Positions 39,461-50,334 of a stretch of 64,000 bases of DNA are shown here, piece by piece; position 1 is the stretch's first letter; each line of letters opens with the position of its first letter. Both the position numbers and the translations under genes were made by a program. A model generated the notes under the pieces. That model worked only from the letters and a program-made list of their open reading frames with translations. It was not told the DNA's origin and searched no databases. The stretch comes from an uncultured Collinsella sp. (lineage in GTDB: Bacteria > Actinomycetota > Coriobacteriia > Coriobacteriales > Coriobacteriaceae), in contig UQWS01000007.1 in NCBI GenBank assembly GCA_900544875.1, positions 26,580 to 90,579 on the forward strand. The letters run 5' to 3'.

Positions 39461-41334
39461 GCGCGATCACCCATCAATACATTCTTGGCGTGGAGCGTGG
39501 GGCAGATCCCGCAGCCGGTGCACGACGTGCGGGTGCAGTCGGGAGTCGTGACGCCCTCGAGCGAGCGACGGTACTCGCGCTCGAGGAAGCCGCGCGTGCA
39601 GCCGGGGCTCACGTGCTCCCACGGCAGGCGCCAGTTCAACTCGTAGGGCAGGTGCACGAGCTCATTGAGGTCGATGCCGTTTTTGGCAGCAGCTTCCTTC
39701 CAGTTATCGAGCGAGAAATGCTCTACCCAGGCGTCAAAGCGAGAGCCCGCGTGCCAAGCATCGATGATGACGGGCGTCATGTCGCGACCGGCGCGGGACA
39801 GCGCGGCCTCGATGAGCGAAGTCTCGGCATCGTGGTAATGCACACGGACGGCACGGTTGCGAACGCTCGTGACAAGCAGCTTCTGGCGACGCTTGACGTC
39901 GTCGTAGTCGAGCTGCGGGCACCACTGGAACGGCGTGGCAGCCTTGGGGATAAAGACCGAAACCGAGATCGACACCGAGATCGAGCCGCGACGAGCCTTG
40001 GGCACCACGGAACGACCGAGCTCCAGCACGTGATCGGCCAGATTGGCGATGGCCACGATGTCCTCGTCGCGCTCGCCGGGAAGGCCCATCATAAAGTAGA
40101 GCTTCATGCGGTTCCAGCCGGCCTCGAAGGCCGCCTTGGCCGCACGGTCCAGGTCCTCCTCGGTCACGTTCTTGTTAATGATGTCGCGCATGCGCTGGCT
40201 GCCGGCCTCGGGCGCGAACGTCAGTCCGCCCTTCTTTTCGCCGGCGACCGACTCGGCCATATCCACGCCAAACGAATCCAGGCGCTGCGACGGAATAGAT
40301 ACGCGAATACCCGTATCCTCCAGGCGACGGTTGAGCCTGCCGAGCACGTCGCGAATGCAGGAGTGGTCAGTCGTGGAGAGCGAGGTCAGCGACACCTCGT
40401 CATAGCCGGTCTTTTCCAGACCCTGAATCACCGACGAGACGATCTGGTCGGCCGAGCGCTCGCGCACCGGGCGATACGTCATGCCGGCCTGACAAAAACG
40501 ACAGCCGCGGGCGCAGCCGCGCAGGATCTCGATAGACAGGCGGTCGTGAACCAGCTGCGCATAGGGTACGCACGACTGCGACAGCGGATTCGTGGCGCCG
40601 AAATCCTCGACGACGCGCTTGTAGACCACGGTCGGCGCATCCTTGCCTTCACGCGGCACGGTGTAGCCATGCGGCGAGCAGGGCTCGTCGTGACGAACCT
40701 CATAGAGCGACGGCACGTAGTTGCCGGCAATGGATGCAAGCTGCTCAACAATCTGCACGCGCGGGACCCCTTCGTCACGCAGGCGGCGATGCAGCTGGCA
40801 GGTCTCGAGCAGCGATTCCTCGCCCTCGCCGATGAGGATGGCATCGAAGAAGGCCGCGTACGGCTCGGGGTTGTACACCGAAGGACCACCGGCGATGATA
40901 ATGGGATCGTCCTCAGTGCGGTCGGCCGCTAACAGCGGAATGCCAGCGAGGTCGAGAGCCTCGAGGAAGTTCGTCACCGCCATCTCGTGCGGCACATGTA
41001 GGCCGACAATATCAAACGAAGCGACCGGCGCTGCACCTTCGAGCGACAGCAGCGGAATACCCGCCTCGCGCATGGCGTCACCCATATCGGGCCACGGCAC
41101 ATAGCCGCGTTCGCAGGAGATGCCCTCGGCCTGGTTAAGAATGTTGTAGAGGATGGCGATACCCTGGTTGGGCAGACCGACCTCGTATACGTCCGGATAG
41201 ATCAGGCAACAACGGTAATCGGCATCGGCCTTGGAAAGCGTGCCCCACTCGTGATCGATATAGCGGCTCGGTTTCTCGACCTTGGCGAGCAGCGGCTCAA
41301 TTAAATGAAAACAGTCTTGGTATGCAACGCGCAA
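39457..41334 (-). CDS. Radical SAM protein (TIGR03960-like)
   Basis: VEKPSRY, YPDVYEVG, RGCARGCRFCQAG, LTFAPEAG, C-terminal CxxxxCxxCxxC. Confidence 0.9.
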   Translation of the reverse strand: MRVAYQDCFHLIEPLLAKVEKPSRYIDHEWGTLSKADADYRCCLIYPDVYEVGLPNQGIAILYNILNQAEGISCERGYVPWPDMGDAMREAGIPLLSLEGAAPVASFDIVGLHVPHEMAVTNFLEALDLAGIPLLAADRTEDDPIIIAGGPSVYNPEPYAAFFDAILIGEGEESLLETCQLHRRLRDEGVPRVQIVEQLASIAGNYVPSLYEVRHDEPCSPHGYTVPREGKDAPTVVYKRVVEDFGATNPLSQSCVPYAQLVHDRLSIEILRGCARGCRFCQAGMTYRPVRERSADQIVSSVIQGLEKTGYDEVSLTSLSTTDHSCIRDVLGRLNRRLEDTGIRVSIPSQRLDSFGVDMAESVAGEKKGGLTFAPEAGSQRMRDIINKNVTEEDLDRAAKAAFEAGWNRMKLYFMMGLPGERDEDIVAIANLADHVLELGRSVVPKARRGSISVSISVSVFIPKAATPFQWCPQLDYDDVKRRQKLLVTSVRNRAVRVHYHDAETSLIEAALSRAGRDMTPVIIDAWHAGSRFDAWVEHFSLDNWKEAAAKNGIDLNELVHLPYELNWRLPWEHVSPGCTRGFLEREYRRSLEGVTTPDCTRTSCTGCGICPTLHAKNVLMGDRA

Positions 41335-41344
41335 CGGAAAACCC

Positions 41345-42274
41345 CTAAGCAGCGAGATCGGATGCGTCCTGATAGGACGCCATAGGACGGGTAGCGCCCG
41401 CGACCGTGGTCACCAGATCGCGAACGCGGGAGAACGTGGCAGTGACTACCTCGTTGGCACGGCTGTAGTCGACATCGCGCTCGTAGAGCGAAACGAGCGC
41501 ACGGCCCATGCCGTAGGTGCCCGCGGCAGCAGTGAGCGCCTTGACGGCAAACCCAATATGCGGCGTCTGCTTGACGAGCGCACGGGTGACCGCGCGGATC
41601 ACAAGACCGCCGGCAAGCACGCCCGCGACCTCGTAGCCGCGCTCAGGCTTAATGCCGCGTCCAAAGACGGCAGCGAGCTCAAAGAGCATGCCCACCTGCG
41701 CCAGCGCCATAACGGGATAGTCGGCGCCCGGCAAAAACACCAGCGCACCGGTCGCCATATTGGTGAGCGCGCACGAGGTGATGATACGATTGGCCGCCGC
41801 GATGCGCATGAAGGCAAAGTTCGCCGCAAAAGCCGTTTCCTTTTCGGTGCGATCGAGAATCCAGCGGGCAAGCGTCTCGAGCAGATACGTCTTATCGGTT
41901 GCCGCTACCACGCCGAGCATGGGCGTGGACTCCTCGATAAACGGCACCTCCACAGCAGACTCGGCAAGCACGCACACGGGCGCGCCGGCGATCACGAGCT
42001 CCTGCACGGCACTCTCCAAGCGGTCGGAACCGCACGAGAGCACCAGTACCACATCGGTATCGGTCTTTGGAGCAATTCGCTCCTCCCCCAGACGCTCGAC
42101 GCGCACAATGCCCGAGGTCGTCTGCGGCACAAAGGCGTCACGCACCGTCTCGGCCAGAAAGCGCGAGGCGGACGAATCCAGATAGACCGAGACGCGCACC
42201 GGCGTATCGGAATCCTTCTTAACGGACGCGCCCATCTTAAAAGCGCGGGTCAGCTTATCTACCGGAATTTTCAT
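41345..42274 (-). CDS. Hypothetical protein, C-terminal DUF697/EcsC-like helical region
   Basis: In-operon ORF with PGADYPVM..Q..M and AGTYGMG pattern. Confidence 0.65.
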   Translation of the reverse strand: MKIPVDKLTRAFKMGASVKKDSDTPVRVSVYLDSSASRFLAETVRDAFVPQTTSGIVRVERLGEERIAPKTDTDVVLVLSCGSDRLESAVQELVIAGAPVCVLAESAVEVPFIEESTPMLGVVAATDKTYLLETLARWILDRTEKETAFAANFAFMRIAAANRIITSCALTNMATGALVFLPGADYPVMALAQVGMLFELAAVFGRGIKPERGYEVAGVLAGGLVIRAVTRALVKQTPHIGFAVKALTAAAGTYGMGRALVSLYERDVDYSRANEVVTATFSRVRDLVTTVAGATRPMASYQDASDLAA

Positions 42275-42292
42275 AGCAAACCCCTCCAGCGG

Positions 42293-43519
42293 TTACGCGG
42301 CGCCCGAACGATGCCGCCATATGGATTGTACGATACCCACCGTCAGCAGCTGAATCATCATCGAAGACGAACCGAAGCTAATAAACGGTAGCGGAATACC
42401 GGTAATCGGCATCATGCCGATGCACATGCCGATGTTTTCGAAGGTCTGAAACGCCCACATGCCAACGATGCCCACACACGATAGGCGCAAGAACAGCGAC
42501 TCGCACTTAAAGGCGACGCGAATCGTCGAAAAGATCAGCAGCACGTAGAGGCACAGGAGCAAAAAGGAACCGCAAAAGCCAAAGGTCTCGGACAGGAAGG
42601 CGAAGACGAAGTCGGTGTGGAACTCAGGCAGAAAGCCGCCGGCCGACTGCGTCGCATGGCCCAAACCCTTACCAAAGAAGCCACCCGAACCAACGGCGAT
42701 AAGCGACTGCTGCAGGTTGTAGGCATCGTCCGAATCGGCATTATCGGGATCGATAAAGACCGTCAGGCGGTTCATCTGATACTGCTTGATGAGCACATCG
42801 TGGCCGAGCAACGAATCAAAAACCGAATCGAGCGCCAGGACGAGGGCCACCAGGCCCACGAGCAGGGCCAGGGTCGACAGCACCCATTCGCGGCGTGCAC
42901 CGCTCATACAAATGACGATGGCGCCCGAAACCAGCACGACCAGGCCCGAGCCCAGGTCGCCCATGGCGACAACGGCCAAAAACGGAATGGACAGCATGCC
43001 GCAGAGCTTGACGTAGTCGCGAACGGTATCGATGCGACCGTTATACTGCGAGCCAAGCGTGGCAATAAAAAAGATGGTGATGAGCTTGGCAAGCTCAACC
43101 GGCTGGAATGTCAAGCCGATACCGGGAATCTTGATCCAGCCCGTCATGCCCAGACCGCCCGTATAGGACAGACCCGGAATCTTGGGCGAGAAGATAACGA
43201 TCAGGTCGATGACGAGCAACGCCGTCGAGAAATTGGAAATACCGCGCAGGTCGGTACGCCAGACCAGCACCGCCAGCACCGCCCCGATGCCAATTCCCAG
43301 CAGATGACGTGAGAACGAGGCATCGGCCTTAAACTGCGAAGCCGACCAGATGATGATGGCGCCGTAGGCAACGAGCGCCACAGTAGCCACGAGCACGCCG
43401 ATATGCACCTTTTGGCGAAACGTGCCGCGCGAGGCCGAAAGTTGCTTGTTGACGCGGTCCAGGCTGCTGCGAGAGCCGGTCTTGGTTGAACGGAACAGAT
43501 CCGCCGGAGAAAAATCCAT
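42293..43519 (-). CDS. rodA: SEDS peptidoglycan glycosyltransferase RodA
   Basis: FQPVELAK, GDLGS, AVGSGG, PEFHTDF, PITGIPLPFISFG. Confidence 0.94.
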   Translation of the reverse strand: MDFSPADLFRSTKTGSRSSLDRVNKQLSASRGTFRQKVHIGVLVATVALVAYGAIIIWSASQFKADASFSRHLLGIGIGAVLAVLVWRTDLRGISNFSTALLVIDLIVIFSPKIPGLSYTGGLGMTGWIKIPGIGLTFQPVELAKLITIFFIATLGSQYNGRIDTVRDYVKLCGMLSIPFLAVVAMGDLGSGLVVLVSGAIVICMSGARREWVLSTLALLVGLVALVLALDSVFDSLLGHDVLIKQYQMNRLTVFIDPDNADSDDAYNLQQSLIAVGSGGFFGKGLGHATQSAGGFLPEFHTDFVFAFLSETFGFCGSFLLLCLYVLLIFSTIRVAFKCESLFLRLSCVGIVGMWAFQTFENIGMCIGMMPITGIPLPFISFGSSSMMIQLLTVGIVQSIWRHRSGAA

Positions 43520-43528
43520 CGCAACCTC

Positions 43529-45598
43529 CTATCGAACCGAAGAATCGCCCGAGGCCGAAGAGGTATCGGGCTCGTCATAAATCACGCCGAGCACGTCGCG
43601 CACGACATGCATCGCGGTATCTGAGCCACCGCCGCCCTGCTCCAGGACAGTAGCGATGACATACTTGGGATCATCGGCCGGTGCATAGGCGCAGAACCAC
43701 GCGTATTCGTCCTCGCCGCTTTTCTCGCCCGTGCCCGACTTGCCGTATACCTGCGGCGTCAGGGTGCCAAAGTGAGCCGCCAGGGACGTCGATGCCGTGT
43801 AAATCACGTCGTGCATGCCGTTGCGAACAAGAGTCAAATCCGAATCGCTGTTGATCTTGGCCTCCAGGCGCTTCTTCTTGCCCTTGCCGTTGTACTTATA
43901 GGCATCGCCGTCGCCATCGCGCGACACGGCAGACAAAAACACGTGAGGCACGTACTGTTTGCCGCCGTTGGCAAGGCCCATGTAGGCGCACGCCATCTGC
44001 AGGGGCGTCACCAGGATGTCGCCCTGGCCGATGGCAATGTTGGTCATATCGCCGGCATTCCACTTGCGGTCCTCGGCAGAGGCGTCGGTGAAGTACGACT
44101 CCTTCCACTCGGCATCGGGAATACGGCCCGCGCCCTCACTCGGCAGATCGATACCGCAGGTCTTGCCTAGGCCCCAGCGACGAAAGACCTCCTGCAGGCC
44201 CTCGGAATGTTGCTCGTCATAAAAGAACGCCTTGCCCATGTCGTAGAAGACGGGGTCGCACGAGTTGGCGATACCCGACTGCAGCGTCATGGTGCCGTGG
44301 CCAGACGTCAGCCAGCAGCGCTTGCCCCAAGCCTTGCCCAAGCCCGTCCAATAGCCCGTGCAGTTGGTTGTCTGCGTTGAAGTGTAGGTTCCAAACTCAA
44401 GACCAGCCAGTGCCGAGAGCGGCTTGATGGTCGAGGCCGACATGTACTGTCCGCTAATGGCGCGGTTGAGCAGCGGGTGCGAACCCTTGTCGTCATTGAG
44501 CTCGGTCCACACGTCATTTGAGACGCCGCCGATAAAGACGGACGGATCGAACTTGGGCTCGCTCGCCATACCCAGGATCTCGCCATTGTTGGGATCGAGA
44601 CACACCACAGCGCCGTTGCCGGCATTGCTGTAGCCAGTGGTCTTGGCAAGCTCGATGGCGCTCGCCAGCGCCGTCTCACAGGCCTGTTGGATCTTAAGGT
44701 CGAGCGTGAGCTTAATGTCGGAGCCGGCCTTGGCGGGCACGGCGCCGGCCTGACCGGTCACATTGCCCGAGGCATCGACCTTGACGGTCTGCTCGCCACG
44801 AATACCCTGCAGCAGGTTTTCGTAGTAGCTCTCAACACCCGCCTGGCCCACGATATCGCCCGACTGGTACGTAATCCGGCCAGCAGAAGCATCATCATCG
44901 CCAGAGGTTTTCTTATTCTGGGCCTCGAGCTGCTCGGAGGTAATGGTGCCGGTATAGCCCAAAATGTGACAGGCCGTCTCGCCGTACGGGTACTGACGCT
45001 CGGTACGCTCGGCAATCTTGACGCCCGGAAACTCGCCGGCGTGCTCCTGAATATAGGCAACCGTAGAGCGACGGACGTCCGTCGCGATGGTATGCAGGCT
45101 CTGGGCGCCCTCGGAATTGTCCTGAATATTGCGCAGAACCGCCACGTAGGGCATACCGAGCACGTTGGCAAGATGGCGAACCAGAACCTCATCCTCGGCA
45201 AGGTCGCGGTAGGCCACGACAGCAAGTGAGGGACGGTTCTGGACAAGCGCCACGCCATTGCGGTCGAGGATGCGGCCGCGCACAGCGGGTGTGGTAACGG
45301 TGCGCGTCTGATTGCTATTAGCCTGCTTTTCGTAATAGTCCGACGAGACCATCTGCATACCCCACAGCTTGACGGCAAGCGCCGCGAACATCGCGCCCAC
45401 ACCCGTGGTGAGGATGGAGAAGCGGCCCTTAAAGGCGGTCGCCGCGGTATTGCCCTCGCCCTCGGTGGCGCGCGGGGCCGTTCCATGCTGCGTATCGTAG
45501 GTAAAACGGGAATCGCCGCGACGCATGATGACCAGCGCGACCACGATGGCCACAACCAGCACGATACCGGCGATAATAACCGTCATCTGGGAAGACAT
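43529..45598 (-). CDS. mrdA: Penicillin-binding protein 2 (class B)
   Basis: RGRILDRNG, STIK, SCD, KSG motifs. Confidence 0.93.
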   Translation of the reverse strand: MSSQMTVIIAGIVLVVAIVVALVIMRRGDSRFTYDTQHGTAPRATEGEGNTAATAFKGRFSILTTGVGAMFAALAVKLWGMQMVSSDYYEKQANSNQTRTVTTPAVRGRILDRNGVALVQNRPSLAVVAYRDLAEDEVLVRHLANVLGMPYVAVLRNIQDNSEGAQSLHTIATDVRRSTVAYIQEHAGEFPGVKIAERTERQYPYGETACHILGYTGTITSEQLEAQNKKTSGDDDASAGRITYQSGDIVGQAGVESYYENLLQGIRGEQTVKVDASGNVTGQAGAVPAKAGSDIKLTLDLKIQQACETALASAIELAKTTGYSNAGNGAVVCLDPNNGEILGMASEPKFDPSVFIGGVSNDVWTELNDDKGSHPLLNRAISGQYMSASTIKPLSALAGLEFGTYTSTQTTNCTGYWTGLGKAWGKRCWLTSGHGTMTLQSGIANSCDPVFYDMGKAFFYDEQHSEGLQEVFRRWGLGKTCGIDLPSEGAGRIPDAEWKESYFTDASAEDRKWNAGDMTNIAIGQGDILVTPLQMACAYMGLANGGKQYVPHVFLSAVSRDGDGDAYKYNGKGKKKRLEAKINSDSDLTLVRNGMHDVIYTASTSLAAHFGTLTPQVYGKSGTGEKSGEDEYAWFCAYAPADDPKYVIATVLEQGGGGSDTAMHVVRDVLGVIYDEPDTSSASGDSSVR

Positions 45599-45611
45599 CT
45601 ACAGGCCTCCC

Positions 45612-46184
45612 CTATTTGAGCTTACGGGTCTTGGGCTTAAAGCGCATGCCCGTCTGGCGTCCGCCACGTGCCGAGAATCCATAACCGGACTGCGGCACGA
45701 CGCCGGACATCAAAAACGGAATGGCAACCAGACCCGTCAGGATCGAAGACGGCAGCGCATGGCCGAAGATCGCCACGACAAAGCTCGTCTCCAAACCCAT
45801 AAACAGCAAGATGATGCTGTAGATCACATTAATAACGAGCGCGAAGGCACCCACAGTGATGCCGCGCGCACTCGGGGTACCGCCCGTCTGACCGGCGGCG
45901 CTATGCACCAGGGCAAAAGAACCCACGGTCAGCAGGAGCGACATAACGCCCACCGGCACGGCAGCGGAAAGGTCATAGAACAAGCCGCTGCAAAAACCGC
46001 ATACGACGGCACGGGTCGGGTCGCCCGAGAACACGCTTAGGCACACCAGGATAATCATAAAGTTGACGCGACCGCCCGCAATGGAGATCTGCGGTGCCAG
46101 GCCTGCCTGCAGCAGCACGCACACGATGGCGGCGATTACAAACGTGCGGGAGCTCATCCCCTGCTCGTGTAGATCCATGGACAT
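45612..46184 (-). CDS. mreD: Rod shape-determining protein MreD
   Basis: Small polytopic membrane protein with GF.SGL.YD, between mreC and pbp2. Confidence 0.85.
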   Translation of the reverse strand: MSMDLHEQGMSSRTFVIAAIVCVLLQAGLAPQISIAGGRVNFMIILVCLSVFSGDPTRAVVCGFCSGLFYDLSAAVPVGVMSLLLTVGSFALVHSAAGQTGGTPSARGITVGAFALVINVIYSIILLFMGLETSFVVAIFGHALPSSILTGLVAIPFLMSGVVPQSGYGFSARGGRQTGMRFKPKTRKLK

Positions 46185-46189
46185 GCCCC

Positions 46190-47188
46190 CTATTCGCTCG
46201 AGCCGGAATCGGTCGTCTCGGACGTGTCGGAACCGTCATCCGGGCTCTCGTCCTTCGTCTTGGTCGCAGCATCGCGCGACGTTCCCTGCGGCGTGCTGTT
46301 GGCCGTGTTCACATCCTCATCCGAGGCCGACTGTTCGTCGGTCAGCGAGGTAATGACCAGCACTTCCTCGTTATTCTCGGCCGTCGTCTGGGCGCGCACC
46401 ACAATGGTGTAGTACACGTCGTTAGCCGATTTCTCAACCGACGAGACGGTGCCGAGCGGTAGACCCTTGGGGAACACACCGCCAATACCCGAGGTCACGA
46501 TGATGTCGCCAACCTTAACGTCGGAATCGACGCTCACATACTCAAGACGCAGCGTACCGTCAGCCTGACCCTGCAGCATGCCCTGGGCGCGCGTGTCCTG
46601 CACCATGGCGGACACGCCCGAGCTCTCATCGCCAATCAGACGCACGGTGGACGTCTTGGCCGAGACCTCGATAATCTGGCCTATGACACCGGCAGAACTC
46701 GTCACAGGCATGTTGATGGTAAGCCCGTCGGCAGAACCCTTGTCGATGGTGACGGTCGAGGTCCAGGCATCGCCCGAAGCGCCGACGATACGAGCTGCGG
46801 TTGATTTGAGGTTGTAGGTCGACTGGAGGCCGACCAGCCCCTCCAGACGCTCGGCGGTCTTTTGAGCCTCGGAGAGCTCGGCAACCTTAGAGGTCAGTTC
46901 CTCGTTTTGCTTCTTAAGCTCGTCAAGCGTGTCCTGCGACGCCGTAAGGTTAGAGAACACATTGCCGATCGCATTGAAGGGAGCCGCCACAGCCGAGCCC
47001 ACAAAGCGCACCGGCGAGGTAATCGTCGTCACGCCCGAGCGCACGGCATGAATCGGCCCGGCCTCGCCCTCACGGATATAAAACGTGAGCAGCAACACCG
47101 AAATCAGGCTGAAAACAATCAACGGGCGCATACCCGTTGATTGTCGCTTGGTATTCAGATTTGTAGAGAAACCCGAAGATCGTGCCAA
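46190..47188 (-). CDS. mreC: Rod shape-determining protein MreC
   Basis: TM helix, coiled coil, IDKGS.DG, VTSGIGGVFPKGL. Confidence 0.94.
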   Translation of the reverse strand: MARSSGFSTNLNTKRQSTGMRPLIVFSLISVLLLTFYIREGEAGPIHAVRSGVTTITSPVRFVGSAVAAPFNAIGNVFSNLTASQDTLDELKKQNEELTSKVAELSEAQKTAERLEGLVGLQSTYNLKSTAARIVGASGDAWTSTVTIDKGSADGLTINMPVTSSAGVIGQIIEVSAKTSTVRLIGDESSGVSAMVQDTRAQGMLQGQADGTLRLEYVSVDSDVKVGDIIVTSGIGGVFPKGLPLGTVSSVEKSANDVYYTIVVRAQTTAENNEEVLVITSLTDEQSASDEDVNTANSTPQGTSRDAATKTKDESPDDGSDTSETTDSGSSE

Positions 47189-47209
47189 ATGGAATCCACC
47201 TTTTGGAAA

Positions 47210-48253
47210 TTAAGCATTGGTCTGGACGAAGCCGCCATCAAACGCATTGGCCTCGAGCACGCGGGCACAGCCGTTAACAACGTTATCGAGCGCCGTGGGG
47301 CTGACGTTGACCGAAACGCCGGTCTCATCGCGCAGGCGCACGTCGAGACCGCGCAGCAGCGCGCCGCCTCCAGTCAGCAAAATGCCATAGTACATAAGGT
47401 CCGAGGCAAGATCGGGAGGCGTAGCGTCGAGCGCGTCCTTGACGGCCTTGGCCATCTCGTCGAGCGGCTTGTTGAGTGCGCGACGAATCTCCTCGCTCTC
47501 GATGCGCACGGTCTTGGGCAGACCGGTGATCACGTCGCGGCCGTTGACCTCGACGTCGAGCTCGTCCTTGAGCGGCACGGCGGAGCCGACCTTAATCTTG
47601 ATGTCCTCTGCCGTACGCTCGCCGATGGCAAGGTTGTAGGCATCGCGAACGTGCGTGAGGATAGCCTGGTCGAACTCATCGCCGGCAATACGGATGGACT
47701 GCGAGACGACGATACCGCCCATAGCGATAACGGCAACCTCGGTGGTACCGCCACCGATGTCGATGACCATGGAGCCGGTGGGCTCCTCGACGGGCAGGTC
47801 GGCGCCGATAGCGGCAGCCATGGGCTCTTCGATCAGATAGGCCTGGCGGGCACCGGCCTGGATCGTGGCCTCAAAGACAGCGCGCTTCTCGACCGACGTG
47901 ACGCCGGAGGGAACGCAGACGACAACACGCGGACGCGGAGTCCACGGATAGCGCTTCTCGGACGCCTTGTCGATAAAGTAGCGAAGCATGGCCTCGGTAA
48001 CATCGAAGTCGGCGATGACGCCGTCCTTCAGGGGACGAACGGCCACGATGTTGCCGGGCGTACGGCCGAGCATGCGCTTTGCCTCGATACCGACCGCCAG
48101 GATGCGCTCGTCGTTCTTGTCGATGGCGACTACAGAGGGCTCGCGAATGACGATACCCTTCCCGCGCACGGAGACAAGCGTATTTGCGGTGCCGAGGTCG
48201 ATGGCAAGATCGCCCGCATAGCTACCGAAGAACATATCCATCAAAGAAAACAA
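47210..48253 (-). CDS. mreB: Actin-like MreB
   Basis: IDLGTANT, EPMAAAIGA, DIGGGTTE, LTGGGALL. Confidence 0.98.
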   Translation of the reverse strand: MFSLMDMFFGSYAGDLAIDLGTANTLVSVRGKGIVIREPSVVAIDKNDERILAVGIEAKRMLGRTPGNIVAVRPLKDGVIADFDVTEAMLRYFIDKASEKRYPWTPRPRVVVCVPSGVTSVEKRAVFEATIQAGARQAYLIEEPMAAAIGADLPVEEPTGSMVIDIGGGTTEVAVIAMGGIVVSQSIRIAGDEFDQAILTHVRDAYNLAIGERTAEDIKIKVGSAVPLKDELDVEVNGRDVITGLPKTVRIESEEIRRALNKPLDEMAKAVKDALDATPPDLASDLMYYGILLTGGGALLRGLDVRLRDETGVSVNVSPTALDNVVNGCARVLEANAFDGGFVQTNA

Positions 48254-48368
48254 CGCAACTCCTGATGTGTTGGATGATTGCTGGAAAACTACTAGCTCAT
48301 CATACTAGCGCAAGCCCGACACCTCACTTGCGGTGAAGCGCCGGGCAAAGCTAAATCCCATAAGGTCA

Positions 48369-49673
48369 CTACTGGTTGTCAGCAGCCGAGAAATCCATAT
48401 CGAGCGAAGAAACGGCCCAGCCGATATGGTTATCGGAGCGCACGAATTTGACGGTGTACTCCTGCTCGCCGCCCTTGGACAGCGATGCCTTCACCTTGGC
48501 GGTCGTCTCGGTCATGGACTGATCCATGCCCTCGACGGACACGGTGGCACCCTGCGGAATCGAGGAGATGATCATCGACTTAGCGTCCTCGGACAGGCTC
48601 GAGGCCAGGCAAGACTCGGCCTTTGCGGTGTCACCGTCGCCGGCAGCCTGGAACAGATCGGCAACGACAGACTCCTGAGACGGGAAGCCAAAGCCGCGCG
48701 TGTAGGCAAAGCCCAGACCGCCCGCGGCGATCAAAATGAGCAGAAGCAGCACGATGAAGACTTTGAGGCCCGTGTGGCGATGGCGACGACGGACCTTGGC
48801 CTGCTTGCGATCCTGACGGTCCTGCTGGACCATCTCGGACTCGGACAGCGTAAAGAAGCCGGTGTCCGAGGGATCAGGCATAAACTGACCGGTCGCGCCC
48901 GTAGGATCGAGCGGATCGACGGCAGGAGCGTCCATCGCGGGCGCCGGAGCCGTGGCCATAGCCGTCTGGGCAGACAGCGCGGCAAGCGAATCCTGCACGC
49001 GGGCAAGCTCATCGGCCTGCTCTGAGGTGAGCTGGTAGATGCCATCGGCAGTAGCGGCATTAAAGGCGTCGAGTGCGTCGGAGGGACGGCCGGCGGCAGA
49101 AAGCGCCTGACCCATGCCGGCGTTGAGCGCACGCGTGTCGTCGCGGGGGCCGGCGAAGTCGATAGCCGTGCGGTAGGTCTCCACGGCATCCGCCGGACGG
49201 CCGAGCTTAATGAAGCAACGACCGAGCTCGCCGAGTGCGGCGGCAGGAGCCGGATTGGCGCCGTCGATGGCAGCCTGACGGAAGGCGGTTCCCGCGTTGG
49301 CATAGTCGCCCGACTGGAACAGCGCATTGCCCAGGCCCAGATAGGCCTTGAACGGCGTGGCATAGGAAGCATCCTGCGTAGCGGCAGAGAAAGCCTGAGC
49401 GGCCGTCGTGTAGTCGCCCACGGCGGCGAGCGCCTTGCCGCGGTTGGTGAGCAGCGCGCCGCGCTTGCCGTAGGTACCGTCGTTGAGGGCGGCGGCATAG
49501 GCCTCGGCGGCCTCGGCATACATGCCCAGGTGCATCAAGGCGTTGCCACGAAGGTGATCGGCCTCGCCTATAATCTCATCGGGAGTCTTTGCCGCCCCAA
49601 GCATCTGGGCTGCAGCGGAAAAATCACCCGCGCGGTAAGCGGCGCGGCCCTGTTGGATCAGCTGGCTATTCAA
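48369..49673 (-). CDS. TPR-repeat membrane protein with extracytoplasmic C-terminal domain
   Basis: Several TPR-like 34-aa repeats, basic stop-transfer segment, one TM helix. Confidence 0.8.
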   Translation of the reverse strand: MNSQLIQQGRAAYRAGDFSAAAQMLGAAKTPDEIIGEADHLRGNALMHLGMYAEAAEAYAAALNDGTYGKRGALLTNRGKALAAVGDYTTAAQAFSAATQDASYATPFKAYLGLGNALFQSGDYANAGTAFRQAAIDGANPAPAAALGELGRCFIKLGRPADAVETYRTAIDFAGPRDDTRALNAGMGQALSAAGRPSDALDAFNAATADGIYQLTSEQADELARVQDSLAALSAQTAMATAPAPAMDAPAVDPLDPTGATGQFMPDPSDTGFFTLSESEMVQQDRQDRKQAKVRRRHRHTGLKVFIVLLLLILIAAGGLGFAYTRGFGFPSQESVVADLFQAAGDGDTAKAESCLASSLSEDAKSMIISSIPQGATVSVEGMDQSMTETTAKVKASLSKGGEQEYTVKFVRSDNHIGWAVSSLDMDFSAADNQ

Positions 49674-49684
49674 GGAAGTCCCCT

Positions 49685-50227
49685 TTACTCGTGAACGATC
49701 TCGACATGAAAGATCTCGTCGCCGGCACGCAGCTGCGAAATCACATCGAGACCCTCGACCGTGGTACCAAAGACGGTGTAACCGGAATCGAGATTATGCT
49801 GGGCACCCAGGCAGAAGTAGAACTGCGAACCCGCGGAATCGGGGTCCATGGAGCGTGCCATGGCAAGGGCGCCATCGACATGGCTGTTGCGCGGATTGGT
49901 GGCAAACTCGCCCTTGATGCAGTAGCCGGGGCCACCGGTACCGGGCATGCCGTCGGGGCCCTCAAGACCGGCAGCGACGTCGGCGCCGGACATGTCGCGG
50001 GTATTGGGGTCCCCGCCCTGGATAACAAAACCGGGCACATAGCGATGGAACTTAAGGCCATCATAGAAGCCCATCGTGGAAAGCTCGCAGAAGTTCGCGA
50101 CATGAATGGGAGCGCCCTCGCCGTCAAACTTGACCTTGATGGTACCCTTCGACGTCTCGATTACGGCACACTCGTCGCCGACAAGTTGATACTCGGGCGT
50201 GTAGAGCTTTTTCTTAAAACCAAACAT
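49685..50227 (-). CDS. Cyclophilin-type peptidyl-prolyl isomerase
   Basis: FHRYVPGFVIQGGDP, AMAR, SAGSQFY, YTVFG. Confidence 0.95.
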   Translation of the reverse strand: MFGFKKKLYTPEYQLVGDECAVIETSKGTIKVKFDGEGAPIHVANFCELSTMGFYDGLKFHRYVPGFVIQGGDPNTRDMSGADVAAGLEGPDGMPGTGGPGYCIKGEFATNPRNSHVDGALAMARSMDPDSAGSQFYFCLGAQHNLDSGYTVFGTTVEGLDVISQLRAGDEIFHVEIVHE

Positions 50228-50334
50228 GTGGTTCCTTCCTCGTGCGTTTAAAGCATATTTGTACGAATTGTAGCAATAAGCACGGGCTTACATCAATTGC
50301 GCACGTAGGTTATGCCGACTATGGCGAACTAATT

